Of a DNA stretch of 64,000 nucleotides, positions 48,775 to 61,641 are shown piece by piece (within the stretch, counting starts at the first letter, position 1; each line of letters opens with the position of its first letter). The position numbers were made by a program, and so were the translations under genes. This stretch comes from Spirochaetia bacterium (GTDB lineage: Bacteria; Spirochaetota; Spirochaetia; DSM-2461), in assembly GCA_963668315.1 (NCBI GenBank), contig OY764216.1, positions 4,992,001 through 5,056,000 on the forward strand, written 5' to 3'. The notes under the pieces were generated by a model that saw only the letters and a program-made list of their open reading frames with translations, did no database searches and was not told the DNA's origin.

Positions 48775-49776
48775 ATGCATCAATTGAAAAAGTCTGTCCT
48801 GATTCTGGCGGTTCTGTCTTTCGCGGCTGCCGGAATCTTTGCCAAAGGCTCTGCCGATCCTGTCAGTGTGAAAGTCCTCGAGATTTCCCTCTTCGAAGTG
48901 GGAGAATATGAAGGCGATTTCGCCGGAGAATTCCAGCACTGGTATGAAAAATACTTTTCCGGAACCGATTCCTATGAAATCAAGGGAATCCCCCATCCCC
49001 TGTTTGTCAACGAAGAGGGTGTAGCGGGAACCGTAGCGGGAATGGGAAAAGCCCAGGCCGCGTCGACTCTGACAGCCATTCTCTCCGACAGCCGGTTTGA
49101 TTTTTCCGAAACCTATATCGTTATATCCGGCTGCAGCGGAGCGACTCCCGACCGGGCCACTCTGGGAGATGTCATCATCGCCACCCAGCTGGTGGATTAC
49201 GAGCTGGGTCACGGCTGGACAGAATCGGACACACCCGCCGGCACCGAGGGAACCTTTCTCAAGGACGACAGCTATACCGACTCGGGTTTTATTCCCCTGA
49301 ACAGCAATCTGGTAAGCTGGGCCTTTGAGCAGACCATCGGCGTGGAACTTACCGATGATCCCAAAGCGGCGGACTACCGGGCACTTTATCCCCAGGAAGC
49401 GGCAAGAGCCCTCCCCTCCGTCAAGACCGGTGTCTCCATGACAGGAGACAATTACTGGCACGGTCCGGGATCTTCTGCCAGGGCCGATGAGGTCTGTGCC
49501 GACTACGACGCCGACAGATATATGGTCACCCAGATGGAGGATAACGGCTTCGGCGTTGTTGCCAAAAGATTTGATATGCTCGAAAGACTCCTCGTTATCC
49601 GCGACGTGGTGAACTTTGACCAGCCCCATCCCGGTCAGACGGTCCTGGAAAGCCTTGATACCAGCTCCGGCGGTTTTTCCATCGGCATGACAAACGGATT
49701 CCTCGTCGGATCCGCCATTGTCGATCAGATTCTTGCCAACTGGGAGTCCATGGAAGACTTGACTTCCGTTGAGTAA
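48775..49776 (+). CDS. Purine nucleoside permease (NUP)-family exported protein
   Basis: FEVG...GEFQHW, GMGKAQAA, DSRFDFSETY, YWHG, QMEDN, NFDQP; signal peptide. Confidence 0.82.
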   Translation: MHQLKKSVLILAVLSFAAAGIFAKGSADPVSVKVLEISLFEVGEYEGDFAGEFQHWYEKYFSGTDSYEIKGIPHPLFVNEEGVAGTVAGMGKAQAASTLTAILSDSRFDFSETYIVISGCSGATPDRATLGDVIIATQLVDYELGHGWTESDTPAGTEGTFLKDDSYTDSGFIPLNSNLVSWAFEQTIGVELTDDPKAADYRALYPQEAARALPSVKTGVSMTGDNYWHGPGSSARADEVCADYDADRYMVTQMEDNGFGVVAKRFDMLERLLVIRDVVNFDQPHPGQTVLESLDTSSGGFSIGMTNGFLVGSAIVDQILANWESMEDLTSVE

Positions 49777-49806
49777 AGTCTCCTTCCCGGAATCATATCT
49801 AACTTA

Positions 49807-49851
49807 AAAAAAGGCAGCTGTTGTCGAGAGACGAATTCAGCTGCCTTTTTT
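49807..49851 (+). terminator. Rho-independent terminator
   Basis: AAAAAAGGCAGCTG...CAGCTGCCTTTTTT. Confidence 0.75.
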
Positions 49852-49929
49852 GCATATTTTTCCCCCGTATATTAAAATTATTATATCGCCGCTTTACCGC
49901 GATGAACTCTTGCTGGGGATGTAAAAAAA

Positions 49930-51920
49930 ATGCTGTTCCATAGGAAAGGATCAAAAAAAAAGAAACCGTCCAAGGGGGAGGCTTTTCCCGCTTCCCGGGG
50001 AGATACGGGCTTTAAAAAGGAAATGTGGCGCAATGATGAAGCTCAGAGGATTGCCCACTTCGGATATTGGGAATGGCATATAGCAAGCGGAAAAATCATC
50101 TGGTCCGATGAAATCTACCGCATATACGGACTCTCAAAAGAGGATTTCACCCTTGACCTGGATAACATATTTGACCATATCCATGAGAGAGACCGGGATA
50201 TGTGCATGGAAATTCTCAATAACACCATGGAGAACCATAAGCCGGGATGGTTTGAGATTCGTATAATCCGCCCGACCGGAGAGATACGCTGGTACGAATC
50301 GAGTGTTAAGCCTTTCTATGATGAAAAGGGAAATATCGATTACATTCTCGGGACCGGCCACGACATAACAGAGCGTAAGCGTGCCGAAAACCTGGCGGCG
50401 GAACGGGAGAGGCATCTGCGGGTTACATTGAACTCCATCGGTGACGGGGTCATCTCAACCGATGTCAATGGTGTTATAACGGATTTGAACCCTGTAGCGG
50501 AGGCACTTACCGGCTGGAACCGGTCAGAAGCCTCCGGAAAAGAGTTGAACCGGGTGTTTACGATATTCAATTCAGAAAAGGATAATAAACCGGTAGATCC
50601 CTCCCAGACCGTTCTTTCCGGGGGAAAACCGGTAAGATTCGCCCGGGGAATGACATTGAAAAAAAGGGAAGAAGGCACCCTTAAGATAGCCTGTAACGCC
50701 GCCCCGATTTTTGATGATGAAAATATACTCATCGGAACGGTGCTGGTATTCAGGGATATCAGCGAAGAGATCTCCCTCCAGGAGAAACTGCAGCAGAGCC
50801 AGAAACTGGAGGCCATCGGACAGCTTGCGGGAGGCATAGCCCATGATTTTAACAATGTCCTCGGAGGAATTATCGGAGCGGCGGATATCCTAGCCGCCCA
50901 TGTCGGGGATAAGGGGATAGTGAAAAATATATCAAACTGATTATTGAAGCCGCCGAACGCGCCTCGGAACTGACCAAGAACTTACTTCTTTTCGCACGAA
51001 AGCACCAGCAGACCCTGCAAGTTGTGGATATCCATGAAGTGATACAGGACACCTTGACGCTGCTGAAGAACACCACTGACCCCAGAGTAGAGATACGACA
51101 GAATCTTAAGTCGGAATCCTGGAAAACCGTCGGTGATTCATCCCATCTCCAGAGCGCCCTTCTTAACCTCTGCATTAATGCCGTTCATGCCATGCCCGAA
51201 GGCGGAACTCTTAGCATTGACACCCGGAACCGGGCCCTTGACGACGCTTACTGCCGGGCCAGTACCTTTGATGTGGTTCCCGGTAATTTCATTCAGATAG
51301 GGATAAGCGATACGGGATGCGGGATTTCCCCGGAGAACCTTTCCAGAATATTCGATCCTTTTTTCACCACCAAGAAAGTCGGTATGGGAAGCGGACTGGG
51401 ACTGGCCATGGTCTATGGAACAGTAAAGCAGTACGGCGGGGCGGTTACGGTTGAAAGCGAGCTATCCTCAGGAACCCGTTTCAAGATACTGCTTCCCGTG
51501 GCCGAAGAGAAGGACAATGCCGTTCGTAATCAGCCGGAAGAACCCGTGCCGGGTCAGGGAAGAATTCTCCTTATAGATGACGAACCCATGATGCGGGCGA
51601 CAGGAAGGAATATCCTGTCCGAGCTGGGCTATTCGGTAATTGAGGCGGCAGACGGGAAAGAAGGTCTTGATAAGTACCGCCGGGAATTTGAGACCCTGGA
51701 TCTCGTGATACTCGATATGATTATGCCTGTCATGAACGGGTTCGACTGTTTCCGCGGAATAAAAGAGATCAATCCCAACGCCCGCGTTCTCCTTTCGTCG
51801 GGATACACCCGTGACGAGAATGTGGAGCAGATGTTTGCAGAAGGCCTTTCGGGTTTTATCAGAAAGCCCTTCCGCATGGGGGAACTGAGTCACAAGATCA
51901 GCGATAGCCTGCACAGATAA
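49930..51920 (+). pseudogene. Frameshifted hybrid sensor kinase (2 PAS, HisKA, HATPase, REC)
   Basis: ORF 49930-50940 ends just after the H-box AHDFNN. The other frame resumes DSEKYIKLIIEAAERASELTKNLLLFAR into ORF 51024-51920. Consistent with one G missing from GGGG at 50913-50916. Confidence 0.8.
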
Positions 51921-51921
51921 T

Positions 51922-53221
51922 GATAGAGCAACCCCTTTGTCTGTAAAATCAAAAAAGTTAATCAGTCTCCATATTTAAATACCGCTTACCTGTGAACCAT
52001 TGTTCATCTATTTCCATTAACAGAGCGGAAACCAATCTATCGACAGATTCCTTATTTGGAAATATCATAGCCACCTTCGTTCTTCTTTTAATTTCCCTCA
52101 TCTGACGTTCTGCCAGATTTGAAGTCCTTAACCTTCTCCAATGTGACTTTGGCATTTTAAAGATCGTGAGCGCTTCAGGAACATTCTGATCCATCCAACT
52201 GCTTAGTTCTGGCGCAGTTTTCTCATACTTCTTCACCGCCATAGAAAGAAAACGGTTAGCCTCCTCTCCATTGGGAGCGTTAAAAATGGTTCTTATATCC
52301 TCCGCGACCTCTTTATCCATACTTTTCTTTGGCACATGATGTCCCGCATTCTGTTGCAGATGGAACTGGCACCGCTGCCAGGGAACTGTTGGAAAAACCG
52401 ATTCTATTGCTGATCTCAGGCCGCTATGAGCATCGGAAGTTATCATCTTCACGCCATGGAGCCCCCGATCTACCAGACCGGAAAGAAAACCTCTCCAGTG
52501 TACATCGGCCTCACTGAGTTCTGTAGAAATACCCAATACTCGTCTCATCCCATTATTATCAACACCATAGGCAATTAGAACGGCTGCAGAAACAACAGTT
52601 CTATTCACTCGAGCCTTCTCATAAGTGGCGTCAACGACAAGATAAGGAAAAGCTCCCAGAGGACGATTACGCCATTTGGTGATCTCTTCATCAAGGAGAG
52701 CTGCCGCTTCTGAAACCTGCGATTGGGAAACTTCGAAGCCGCAGAGCTGTTCTACTATTTTGGTCACTCTGCGAGTTGATACGCCTTGGATGTACATCTG
52801 AGCTATGGCCATTTTCAGGGCTCTTTCGCTGCGGCACCCCTTTTCAATGCTGCCAGGATAGAATTCCATCCCACGGACCTGTGGGATCTCGATGGGAATT
52901 TCGCCGACTCGAGTCCGGATCTTTCTGCTCTTGTACCCATTCCTATGCCCAATACGATCATCGTTCCGTTCATAATGACTGGCTTGAATTGCCTTCTCCT
53001 GCTCTAACCGCATAGATAAATTCATTATTGAACTTATGACTTTTGTTAATCCTTCTCTATTCTCTGCCTGGAGGTCTTCAATCATTTGATCGAAAACGCT
53101 ATAGTAATCCTCGTTAGTCATGATGCCTTCTTTTGTTTTTCGTCGAACTAATCGAAGACTGATTGGCTAACTTTTTCAAGCCCCCTTTATTTCTAATTTA
53201 CAGACACTATTGTACACTATC
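51922..53221 (-). mobile_element. Complete IS256-family element (1300 bp) with 8-bp TSD CAGATAAT
   Basis: Imperfect terminal IRs GATAG...TGTCTGTAAA. CAGATAAT occurs at 51914-51921 and 53222-53229. Confidence 0.92.
51958..53121 (-). CDS. IS256-family transposase
   Basis: RNGYKSR, GVSTRRV, VDATYEK, SDAHSGL, WQRCQFH, RTSNLAER. Confidence 0.93.
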   Translation of the reverse strand: MTNEDYYSVFDQMIEDLQAENREGLTKVISSIMNLSMRLEQEKAIQASHYERNDDRIGHRNGYKSRKIRTRVGEIPIEIPQVRGMEFYPGSIEKGCRSERALKMAIAQMYIQGVSTRRVTKIVEQLCGFEVSQSQVSEAAALLDEEITKWRNRPLGAFPYLVVDATYEKARVNRTVVSAAVLIAYGVDNNGMRRVLGISTELSEADVHWRGFLSGLVDRGLHGVKMITSDAHSGLRSAIESVFPTVPWQRCQFHLQQNAGHHVPKKSMDKEVAEDIRTIFNAPNGEEANRFLSMAVKKYEKTAPELSSWMDQNVPEALTIFKMPKSHWRRLRTSNLAERQMREIKRRTKVAMIFPNKESVDRLVSALLMEIDEQWFTGKRYLNMETD

Positions 53222-53264
53222 CAGATAATCCTTTCCATTACGTATATACCCAGGTAATACTCCC

Positions 53265-55382
53265 CTATTCCAGCGCTTCCGGTCGGGAGAAAAGAAATCC
53301 CTGAATGATTCTCAGCGAAGTGGTTTTTATTTTTTCCAGCTGCCGTTCCGTCTCCACTCCTTCCGCCACGATCTCATAGTTGTATATCCGTGCGATATTG
53401 CAGAATACTTCAAATAGCTGGAAGGCTTTGGGATCCTCCAGTATCTTGCTTATAAAGGATTTGTCAATTTTCATCTCGTCGAATCTCATTTTGGTAAGAT
53501 AGTTCAGTGAGGAGTAGCCCGTACCGAAATCATCAATCGATATCCGTATTCCCAGGTCATGAAGATTATCGATAATACGGTTTATCCTCTCCGAGTCGGA
53601 AATAAAGACATCTTCGGTGATTTCCAGAATCAGCTTTCCCGGGGGGATCTCATGACGCTCGAACTGACCTTTCAGATATTCGTAACAGCCTGTATCAATG
53701 AAATAGGCCGGGGATATATTAACCGACAGGGATATATCTCGGTTGTATTTCTTCTTCAGCTTCTCATAATCGGCCAGGACTTTTTCAATCATATAATGGC
53801 TGAACTCCGTCACCATGTTCTGGCTGTCTATGGCGGGGATAAACACGGCGGGAGAGACAAAGCCCAGCTCCTTCGAATTCCACCTGGCCAGGGCTTCCAC
53901 CCCGATAACCCGCCCGGTTCGGCAATCAACCTGGGCCTGGTAATAGGCGGTCATTTCCCTCTCCTTCAACGCCTTGGCAAGATAGCGCTTCATGGCCAAT
54001 TCGTTCTCCAGGGAGATCCGGATATCCTCATGGTACTCCTGCATTCCCATCATCTTCCCATCTTTGCCGAATTTCATGGCCATGCTGACCTTCTCGTACA
54101 GTTCCCCGAAGGAGCTGCCCTGGGAGGGATAGGATACCATGGCAAGCTGAAGATCGATAATCTGCCCGTATCCCTTGCGGTGGATGTAATCCTTGACCGA
54201 CTGCCTCAGGCCATAAACAAGGTCGATGACCTCCCCATGGCTGACATTTTCCATCCAGAGGGTGAATTCGTAGCTGCTCGTCCGGGCAATATACAAATCG
54301 GTCTCTCTCAGCTGCTGGAAGTAGGTCCCGATGATTTTCAGGAGACGGTCACCCTGCCTGTATCCCAGGGTGGAGTTGATGATTTTCAGACCCTGGATAT
54401 CTATCTGGACCATATAACCGGTGATACTCCGGCGGGAGATCCTCTTCTTGATATAGTTTTCAAGACCGTGTCTGTTGGGTAGTCCCGAAAGATCGTCATG
54501 GAAGGCAAGATAGCTGATATACTTCTCTTTCTTTTCGAGATTCTCCCTGGCCCCCTTCAGGGAACTGATCATGTGGTTGTACCCCTCGACCAGGAGGGCT
54601 ATTTCATCTTTGTGATAACTCTTCTCAACCGGTTCATAAATATCGGAGGCGACCTTCCCCATCCCCCGGGCGACGGAAACTACCGGCGCAGCCACTTTTC
54701 TTACGTAAATAATGATGACCCAGGATACAATCAGTATGAGAAGGCTTATGGTCACTCCCAGCACCAGCAGGATCATATTGGCGGCCTGATTGAAATCGAT
54801 CTCGTAGGCCGTGGCCACGACAATCCAGTCCCAGGGTTCATAATAGCGGCTGTAGGAGATTTTCCTGGCCACCCGTTCCGAATGGGGAAGCCACCATGAA
54901 TAATAGACAAAACCTCCCCCGCTCTTCCCCGTCTCTATCTGCTCCCGAACCAGAAAACGCTCGCTGTTTTCCAGGTCGGTCACATCCAGAACATTCTGAC
55001 CTTCCAGTGAGGGATGGAGGATCTCATTGCCCGAGGAATCATAGATGATGAAGTAGCCGTGGCGGCCCAGATCAATCCTGCCGTGCAATGTACGCGTACC
55101 GTCCGCTTCATTCAAGGACCCCATCAGCAGCTCTTTAATATGTTCCTGTGATAACTCCCGGCTTACGAGGCCCGAATCCACCTTGCCGTATTCCGACTCG
55201 ATCAAATCGACCGCCTGAAAGACACTGTTTTTTAATATCTGCTCTCCCCTCTTGTTCAAGCCGTTCCTGGCAATGAAGTATCCGGCGAAACCGATAATAA
55301 GGCTGGAGAGACTGAGAAGAATTATATAAATAAGAATCAGCTTTTTCGCATAATTTGAACCTTTCGGTGTAATTCTTTTCAT
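53265..55382 (-). CDS. Membrane c-di-GMP phosphodiesterase (Cache, HAMP, degenerate GGDEF, EAL)
   Basis: Two TMs flanking a Cache domain, HDDLSGLPNR, GGDEF replaced by SSYEF, EALARW, DDFGTGYSSL. Confidence 0.88.
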   Translation of the reverse strand: MKRITPKGSNYAKKLILIYIILLSLSSLIIGFAGYFIARNGLNKRGEQILKNSVFQAVDLIESEYGKVDSGLVSRELSQEHIKELLMGSLNEADGTRTLHGRIDLGRHGYFIIYDSSGNEILHPSLEGQNVLDVTDLENSERFLVREQIETGKSGGGFVYYSWWLPHSERVARKISYSRYYEPWDWIVVATAYEIDFNQAANMILLVLGVTISLLILIVSWVIIIYVRKVAAPVVSVARGMGKVASDIYEPVEKSYHKDEIALLVEGYNHMISSLKGARENLEKKEKYISYLAFHDDLSGLPNRHGLENYIKKRISRRSITGYMVQIDIQGLKIINSTLGYRQGDRLLKIIGTYFQQLRETDLYIARTSSYEFTLWMENVSHGEVIDLVYGLRQSVKDYIHRKGYGQIIDLQLAMVSYPSQGSSFGELYEKVSMAMKFGKDGKMMGMQEYHEDIRISLENELAMKRYLAKALKEREMTAYYQAQVDCRTGRVIGVEALARWNSKELGFVSPAVFIPAIDSQNMVTEFSHYMIEKVLADYEKLKKKYNRDISLSVNISPAYFIDTGCYEYLKGQFERHEIPPGKLILEITEDVFISDSERINRIIDNLHDLGIRISIDDFGTGYSSLNYLTKMRFDEMKIDKSFISKILEDPKAFQLFEVFCNIARIYNYEIVAEGVETERQLEKIKTTSLRIIQGFLFSRPEALE

Positions 55383-55467
55383 ACTGAATTAATCATAATT
55401 CATGGAAGCCGGGCTATGCAAATTCTCTTTCTTTGCTATTCCTTACCAATTATATTACAATTCCACT

Positions 55468-56511
55468 ATGATGAGTTCATTTGAAAAACCCACAGTGCTC
55501 GTGGTTGACGATATGCCCGATAATATTTCCCTCCTAACCGGCATCCTTTCCAGGGATTACAGGGTAAAAGCTTCCAATAACGGCAAGTCCGCCATAAGCC
55601 TGGCCCTGAAGGCGCCTCCCCACATCATTCTGCTGGATGTGATGATGGGGGGGATGGACGGCTACGAAGTCTGCCGCCAATTGAAAGCCGATCCCAGGAC
55701 CCGGAATATCCCGGTTATATTCGTGACGGCCCTGGGAAATATGCAGGACGAACAGCGGGGATTCGAAGCGGGAGCCGTTGATTATATAACCAAGCCTTTC
55801 AGCCCCTCCATTGTTCTCGCCCGAGTAAATACCCATCTCTCCCTGCACAGGCAGAACAGTATTCTGGAAGGGGAAGTCAAAGCCAGGACACAAGAGCTGG
55901 AGCAGAGCCGTTTCGAGATTATCTACAGACTGGGCCTGGCCGCCGAATTCCGGGATAACGAGACGGGAAAGCATGTTCTCCGCATCGGGTACATAACAAG
56001 GATTCTGGCTCTGGCCATGGGGCTTGACCGCAAGGAAGCGGATATTATCCTCAACGCCGCCCCGATGCATGACGTGGGGAAAATCGGGATTCCGGACAGC
56101 ATACTCCAAAAGCCCGGCCCTCTGACGAAAATGGAACGGGACATTATGAAACGCCATGCCCGCCTGGGGGCCGATCTCATAGGCGAGCATAGGGACAGCC
56201 TTCTTTCGACGGCCGCGTCGGCTGCACTCAATCATCATGAAAGATGGGACGGAGAGGGATACCCCAGGGGATTGAAGGAGGAGGAGATTCCCCTGATTGG
56301 ACGTCTGACGGCCATAGCCGATGTGTTTGACGCTCTGACCAGCAAAAGGCCTTATAAAGACCCCTGGCCGGAAGAGAGGGCCATTGATTATATCAAGGAT
56401 GAATCGGGCAGACAGTTTGATCCGAATCTCGTCCCCCTGTTCACAGAGAATATTGAAGAGATTCTCGAGATACGAAAAGCCAACTCCGACGAAGGAGAAA
56501 TGGATTACTAG
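55468..56511 (+). CDS. Response regulator with HD-GYP domain (RpfG-like)
   Basis: REC domain (VVDD, LLDVMM, KPF), MHDVGKIG, HHERWDGEGYP. Confidence 0.92.
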   Translation: MMSSFEKPTVLVVDDMPDNISLLTGILSRDYRVKASNNGKSAISLALKAPPHIILLDVMMGGMDGYEVCRQLKADPRTRNIPVIFVTALGNMQDEQRGFEAGAVDYITKPFSPSIVLARVNTHLSLHRQNSILEGEVKARTQELEQSRFEIIYRLGLAAEFRDNETGKHVLRIGYITRILALAMGLDRKEADIILNAAPMHDVGKIGIPDSILQKPGPLTKMERDIMKRHARLGADLIGEHRDSLLSTAASAALNHHERWDGEGYPRGLKEEEIPLIGRLTAIADVFDALTSKRPYKDPWPEERAIDYIKDESGRQFDPNLVPLFTENIEEILEIRKANSDEGEMDY

Positions 56512-59500
56512 ATGAAACTCCGAACTTTCTTTACCGGGGCCCTGCTCCTCTCCCTTTCTCTCTTCTTCACGGGACAGTACTTGATAACGGACAGATTTAT
56601 GAGCAGGGGCCTCACAGAAATGGAAAATATGGATCTTGAGGAAGAGATTATTCAGATTCAGAAAGGCCTCACGGACCGGATGGTGCTGTTGGATATTCTT
56701 CTGAAGGAGTATGCCACCAGAGCGGATATCGGCCGGTTCATAGAGGGCACGAGCGGGATTTCTCCCGATGAGATCCTTGACCCGGGTAATCTGGCTCCTT
56801 CGGATATCCTGTCCGAAGTCATTCTGGACAGGGAGGGCAATACTCTATTCACCGGGGGGGAGACTCTACCGGATATTCCCCGGCAGATCTCCTCGTTTCC
56901 CCTGATGAATCGGGAGACGGGAATGCGGGGAGGAATGATCTCCCTGGGAGATAAACCGGGGCTTCTTCTGATACGGCCCGTGCCGGGGTCTTACGGAGAA
57001 GAGCCTCCCCAGGGTTCGCTGATCTTCCTTTGCTCCCTTTTCCGGGAAGGCCCCCTCTCCGGGGAAGAGAGCGGACATTCACAGGTGAAAGTTGACATGC
57101 TCACTCCTTCCGAAAGGGAAAATTATGCCGGGAAGAGGGATATTTTCTTTACCCGGGCAGGCAGTGTCATTACCGGTTCACTCCCCCTCGTTGATATCTA
57201 CGGAACGCCGATTGCTCTGATTTCCGCTGAAAAGCCCTGGCTGTATTCCCGGTACCATGACATTGTCCTCAGAAAAAGCCATATCGCCCTGGTCATCTAT
57301 CTGGTGATCATGGGGGCCGCCATCTATCTCTCCTTCAGCCGTATTCTCTTCTCACGGCTAGAGAGGTTTCTCGGGCAGATCAGGGAGATTTCCAGAACGG
57401 GCAGCCACCGCGGAAGAACCAGACTCACCGGTGACGATGAAATTGGGGAACTGAGCACCACGGTGAACGAAATGCTGGACAGCCTGGAAAGATCCGAAAA
57501 GGTTATAAGGCAGAGCGAGAATTACCTTTCCCGCCTGACCAATGCCGTCCCCACGGGTATCTATCTGATTGATCCTGAAACCCGGACTCTCGCCGAGATG
57601 AATGATTACGCCCTGAATCTGCTGGGACGGAACAGGAAAGATGTGATAGGCAAGAGATGTAAGGACGTGGTCTGTTCCCCCGAGTACTGCTGCCTCGAAA
57701 GTGAGTTTGATTCCGAGCATACCTTTATGAAGAGGTACGTCATATCAAAAGACGGCCGAAGAATTCCCGTGTTGAAATCCTATTCGAGAATTGAAAAGGA
57801 CAATAAGGAATATATTCTGGAAACGATCACCGATATCTCCGATCTCGAGAAACTGACCGGTGAATTAATGGAAGCCCGGGAAAATCTGGAGAGAAAAGTC
57901 AAGGAGAGGACAGCCCGCCTGGAGGCTGTTATCAATACGGCCATCAACGGGATCGTTGTCTTTGACAGGGAGGGGACAATAACCGACTTCAGCAGTTCCG
58001 CCGAAGAAGTCCTGCTCTACAGAGCCGACGATATCATAGGAAAGAAGATTGATATATTCATAGCTCCGCCCCACAGGGACAGAATATCCGAGGGACTGGC
58101 CAATTTCCTGGGAGCGGATCCGCTGAATTTTCTGGGGAAACGCCATCGCATCAAGGGCATAAAAGAGGGGGGAGAGATATTCCCCATGGAAATAGCCGTC
58201 AATAAAATGGTTAATGGGGATGATGTCTTTTTTGTCTCCGTTCTTAGGGATATAACGACGGAGCAGGAGTTCCAGAATTCCATAAAAAGAGAGAAGGAGC
58301 AGCTTGAGAGGATACTGGAAACAAGCCCTATTGGAGTAGGTATATATGTGGGCTATGAGGCAAAATATCTGAACACGGCCATGAAAAGGATGGGACTTTC
58401 CGAAGGTTCAATTCTGAAGGACCCCTGCATTTCCGGGGAAAGGGAAAAGGAACTGGCAGAGCTTTTTGCCCGGGATGGTTTTTTCTTCAATCAGAATGTC
58501 CATTTCCATGGGAAGGAGAAGCCCCTGGATCTGCTTCTGTCGGCCTACCGCCTGGAATATGACGGGGAAGAGGCCGTCGTCGGGTGGAATGTTGACATTA
58601 CCGACTGGAAAAGTCTGGAAGGCGAACTGAACCAGAGCAGGCAGAAGTATAAGGATCTTCTCGAAAACCTGGGCAGGAATTTCCTTATTTACAGCCATAC
58701 CGGTGAAGGGGAATTCCTGTTCATCAGCGAGGGGGTCTCCTCAGTTTTCGGCATGAAAAGCGACGATGTGATCGGCAGAAAATGGCAGGAAGTATTCGAG
58801 TGGACATCCGGTTCGGTGGAAAGGACGGAAAAGCACTTTGAAGCCTTTGCCCGGGGGGAGACGGACTTTATACAGATTGAGATGGAGTATAAACATCCCG
58901 ACGGCTCAATCCGCACCATACTGAACTCCTGCCACCCGGAAAGGGATGACAGAAACCGCATTCTCTCAATAGAAGGTCTGGTCGAAGATATCACCGAGCG
59001 GAATTTTATGGAGAGGGAGATCGAGCAGAGCCGGTTGAGATACAGGCAGCTGGTGGAGGAACTGGGAAATAAGTTTCTCATCTACAGCCATGATCTTGAA
59101 GGGATCTTTCTGTTCGGAAGCGAGGGCTTCAAAACGATCTTTGCCAGGGAGCCCGATTCGGTGGTGGGCCGGGAGTGGATGTCCTTTATAGAATGGCTCC
59201 CCGGCTCGGTGGAACGGGCGGCGGCTAATGTGCAGTCCTTCGTGGATGACAGAAATCACAACTTCAACCAGTTCGAAATGAGCTTTCTCCTTCCGGACGG
59301 ATCGGAAAAAACGATCATGGTGTCCCACCACCCCGTCAGGGATAAATGGGGAAAGGTACTGAGAGTAGACGGTCTGGCGGAAGATATCACGGACCGTAAA
59401 AAAGCCGAGGAGGAACTCGCCCAGGCCAGGGAAGCCGCCGAGAAGGCCTCCCGCATCAAATCGGAATTCCTCGCCAATATGTCCCATGAGATAAGAACCC

Positions 59501-61641
59501 CGATGAATGCCATCATCGGCCTGACCCATCTGGCCCTCCAATCGGGACTCACCGCCAGACAGTACGACTATATATCCAAAGTCAGACGATCCGCCGATAA
59601 TCTGCTCGGCATCATCAATGACATTCTGGATTTCTCAAAAATCGAAGCGGGGAAAATCATACTGGAGCATGTGGATTTTTACCTGGAGGATGTTCTCGAG
59701 CATATTTCCGTGATGGTGAAGCATCAGCTGGACGAATCGGAGCTGGAACTGCTCTTTGATATACCCGAGAACATCCAGACCGCCCTCGTGGGTGACCCTC
59801 TGAGACTGAGTCAGATCCTTCTGAATTTCAGCTCCAACGCCGTGAAGTTTACCGAAAAGGGAGAAATTATCCTGGCCGTACGCTTCGAGGAACGACGGGG
59901 GAATACAGGGCGCTATCATTTCTGGGTAAAAGACACGGGCATCGGAATATCGGAACAGCAGATGGCGGTTCTGTTCAGTGAATTCAGTCAGGCAGACAGC
60001 TCGACGACACGAAAATACGGAGGAACCGGCCTGGGACTTGCCATATCCAAAAAAATTGTGGAGCTGATGGGAGGAGAGGTCTGGGTCGAAAGCGAAGTGG
60101 GCATGGGAAGCACTTTCCATATGAGGGTCGACCTGGAACTTCAGGAGAAGGAAAACGGGCTTGTCTATAACAGGGATGAGCTCCGGAATATCCGCCTGCT
60201 GGTGGTGGATGACAACCCCGCGGCCCTTCAGATAATGGAGGAGATGCTCCGGTCCTTCGGATTTACGGCCGAACTGTGCAAAACGTCGGACGAAGCGGTC
60301 CGGAAGCTGCTGGAGCCTCCTGAGGCGGGCTGGGACCTGGTCCTCATGGACTGGAATCTTCCCGGGAAAAGCGGCATTGAAATCTGCCGGGAGATAAATA
60401 ATATGTCCGGTGCCCCCGCCCTTCCGGGGGTTATCCTGCTCACGGCCTATGCCGAGGAAGATGCCCGGAAAGCCGGAGAGGATATACCGCAGATTAAGAA
60501 GTATCTTTCCAAACCGGTTCTGCCGTCCGTTCTGCTTGACAGCATCATGACCTCCCTCGGCAAAAAGACCATGCAGAAGCCCAGAAAGATACGCCATGAC
60601 GGGAAGCTGGAAGAGATCAAACAGAAACTGGCGGGGGCAAGGATTCTTCTGGTGGAGGACAATAAAATCAACCAGGAAGTCGCCGTCGAACTGCTGGAGA
60701 GCAGCGGGATCACGGTGGCCCTTGCCGAGAACGGTCTGGAAGCCCTGGAAGCACTGGACAGGGAGGAGTTCGACGGGGTTCTTATGGATTGCCAGCTTCC
60801 CCTGATGGACGGTTACGAAGCGACGGAGAAGATCAGGGAGCAGTCCCGTTTCAGCGATCTGCCGGTTATCGCCATGACGGCGAATGTCCTCTCCGGGGAC
60901 CGGGAGAAAGCCATGAGACACGGGATGAACGACCATATAGGAAAACCGATTAATCCTGTGGATTTCTTCACGACAATAGCGAAATGGGTGACCCCGGCAA
61001 ATCCCCTTCCCTCCGCCGGAAGGCTCCCCTCCGCCTCCTTGCCTGAGAAGGAGATTCCCGAACTGGCCCATCTTGACAGGGATAGGGGACTAAAGGTCGT
61101 ACAGAACAGTAAATCGGCCTACCTGAAAATCCTCAGCCAGTTTGCCGGTCTCTACAGAGATTTCGGGAAAGCCTTTTCCGAAGCTCTCGGGAGCACTCAG
61201 CCGGAAGAAGCCGTCCGTCTGGCCCACTCCCTGAAGGGATCGGCGGGAAATATCGGAGCCGATGCCCTGCACGGGGAAGCCTCTCTCCTGGAAGCGGTCT
61301 GCCGGGAAAGCCCCGGTTCCCCCGCCGCGGAAGAGCAGTTTCATCGGGTGGCAGAGCTCCTGGAACCTCTTGTGGAAGAGATCCTCCAGAAAATTCCCTC
61401 CCCTCCCCCCGAAGGGAAGGAGACAACGCTTAAAGCTGATGTCAACCTCAGAGGAGAGCTTATGGAACGGATCAGGCAGCTCCTTAAGGAGAGCGATACG
61501 GAAGTTCTCTCCCTGGTGAACGAACTGGCCGAATCCCTTGGAAAGGACAGGTTCAATCTCCCCTTCAGGAAATTCGCCAGCTCGGTGGAAAATTACGAAT
61601 TCGAAACAGCCCTGGAGGAACTGGAGAAACTCGATCTCTAG
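56512..61641 (+). CDS. Large hybrid histidine kinase (periplasmic sensor, HAMP, multiple PAS, HisKA, HATPase, 2 REC, Hpt)
   Basis: [21 protein letters not shown], two REC domains, [13 protein letters not shown]. Confidence 0.92.
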   Translation: MKLRTFFTGALLLSLSLFFTGQYLITDRFMSRGLTEMENMDLEEEIIQIQKGLTDRMVLLDILLKEYATRADIGRFIEGTSGISPDEILDPGNLAPSDILSEVILDREGNTLFTGGETLPDIPRQISSFPLMNRETGMRGGMISLGDKPGLLLIRPVPGSYGEEPPQGSLIFLCSLFREGPLSGEESGHSQVKVDMLTPSERENYAGKRDIFFTRAGSVITGSLPLVDIYGTPIALISAEKPWLYSRYHDIVLRKSHIALVIYLVIMGAAIYLSFSRILFSRLERFLGQIREISRTGSHRGRTRLTGDDEIGELSTTVNEMLDSLERSEKVIRQSENYLSRLTNAVPTGIYLIDPETRTLAEMNDYALNLLGRNRKDVIGKRCKDVVCSPEYCCLESEFDSEHTFMKRYVISKDGRRIPVLKSYSRIEKDNKEYILETITDISDLEKLTGELMEARENLERKVKERTARLEAVINTAINGIVVFDREGTITDFSSSAEEVLLYRADDIIGKKIDIFIAPPHRDRISEGLANFLGADPLNFLGKRHRIKGIKEGGEIFPMEIAVNKMVNGDDVFFVSVLRDITTEQEFQNSIKREKEQLERILETSPIGVGIYVGYEAKYLNTAMKRMGLSEGSILKDPCISGEREKELAELFARDGFFFNQNVHFHGKEKPLDLLLSAYRLEYDGEEAVVGWNVDITDWKSLEGELNQSRQKYKDLLENLGRNFLIYSHTGEGEFLFISEGVSSVFGMKSDDVIGRKWQEVFEWTSGSVERTEKHFEAFARGETDFIQIEMEYKHPDGSIRTILNSCHPERDDRNRILSIEGLVEDITERNFMEREIEQSRLRYRQLVEELGNKFLIYSHDLEGIFLFGSEGFKTIFAREPDSVVGREWMSFIEWLPGSVERAAANVQSFVDDRNHNFNQFEMSFLLPDGSEKTIMVSHHPVRDKWGKVLRVDGLAEDITDRKKAEEELAQAREAAEKASRIKSEFLANMSHEIRTPMNAIIGLTHLALQSGLTARQYDYISKVRRSADNLLGIINDILDFSKIEAGKIILEHVDFYLEDVLEHISVMVKHQLDESELELLFDIPENIQTALVGDPLRLSQILLNFSSNAVKFTEKGEIILAVRFEERRGNTGRYHFWVKDTGIGISEQQMAVLFSEFSQADSSTTRKYGGTGLGLAISKKIVELMGGEVWVESEVGMGSTFHMRVDLELQEKENGLVYNRDELRNIRLLVVDDNPAALQIMEEMLRSFGFTAELCKTSDEAVRKLLEPPEAGWDLVLMDWNLPGKSGIEICREINNMSGAPALPGVILLTAYAEEDARKAGEDIPQIKKYLSKPVLPSVLLDSIMTSLGKKTMQKPRKIRHDGKLEEIKQKLAGARILLVEDNKINQEVAVELLESSGITVALAENGLEALEALDREEFDGVLMDCQLPLMDGYEATEKIREQSRFSDLPVIAMTANVLSGDREKAMRHGMNDHIGKPINPVDFFTTIAKWVTPANPLPSAGRLPSASLPEKEIPELAHLDRDRGLKVVQNSKSAYLKILSQFAGLYRDFGKAFSEALGSTQPEEAVRLAHSLKGSAGNIGADALHGEASLLEAVCRESPGSPAAEEQFHRVAELLEPLVEEILQKIPSPPPEGKETTLKADVNLRGELMERIRQLLKESDTEVLSLVNELAESLGKDRFNLPFRKFASSVENYEFETALEELEKLDL

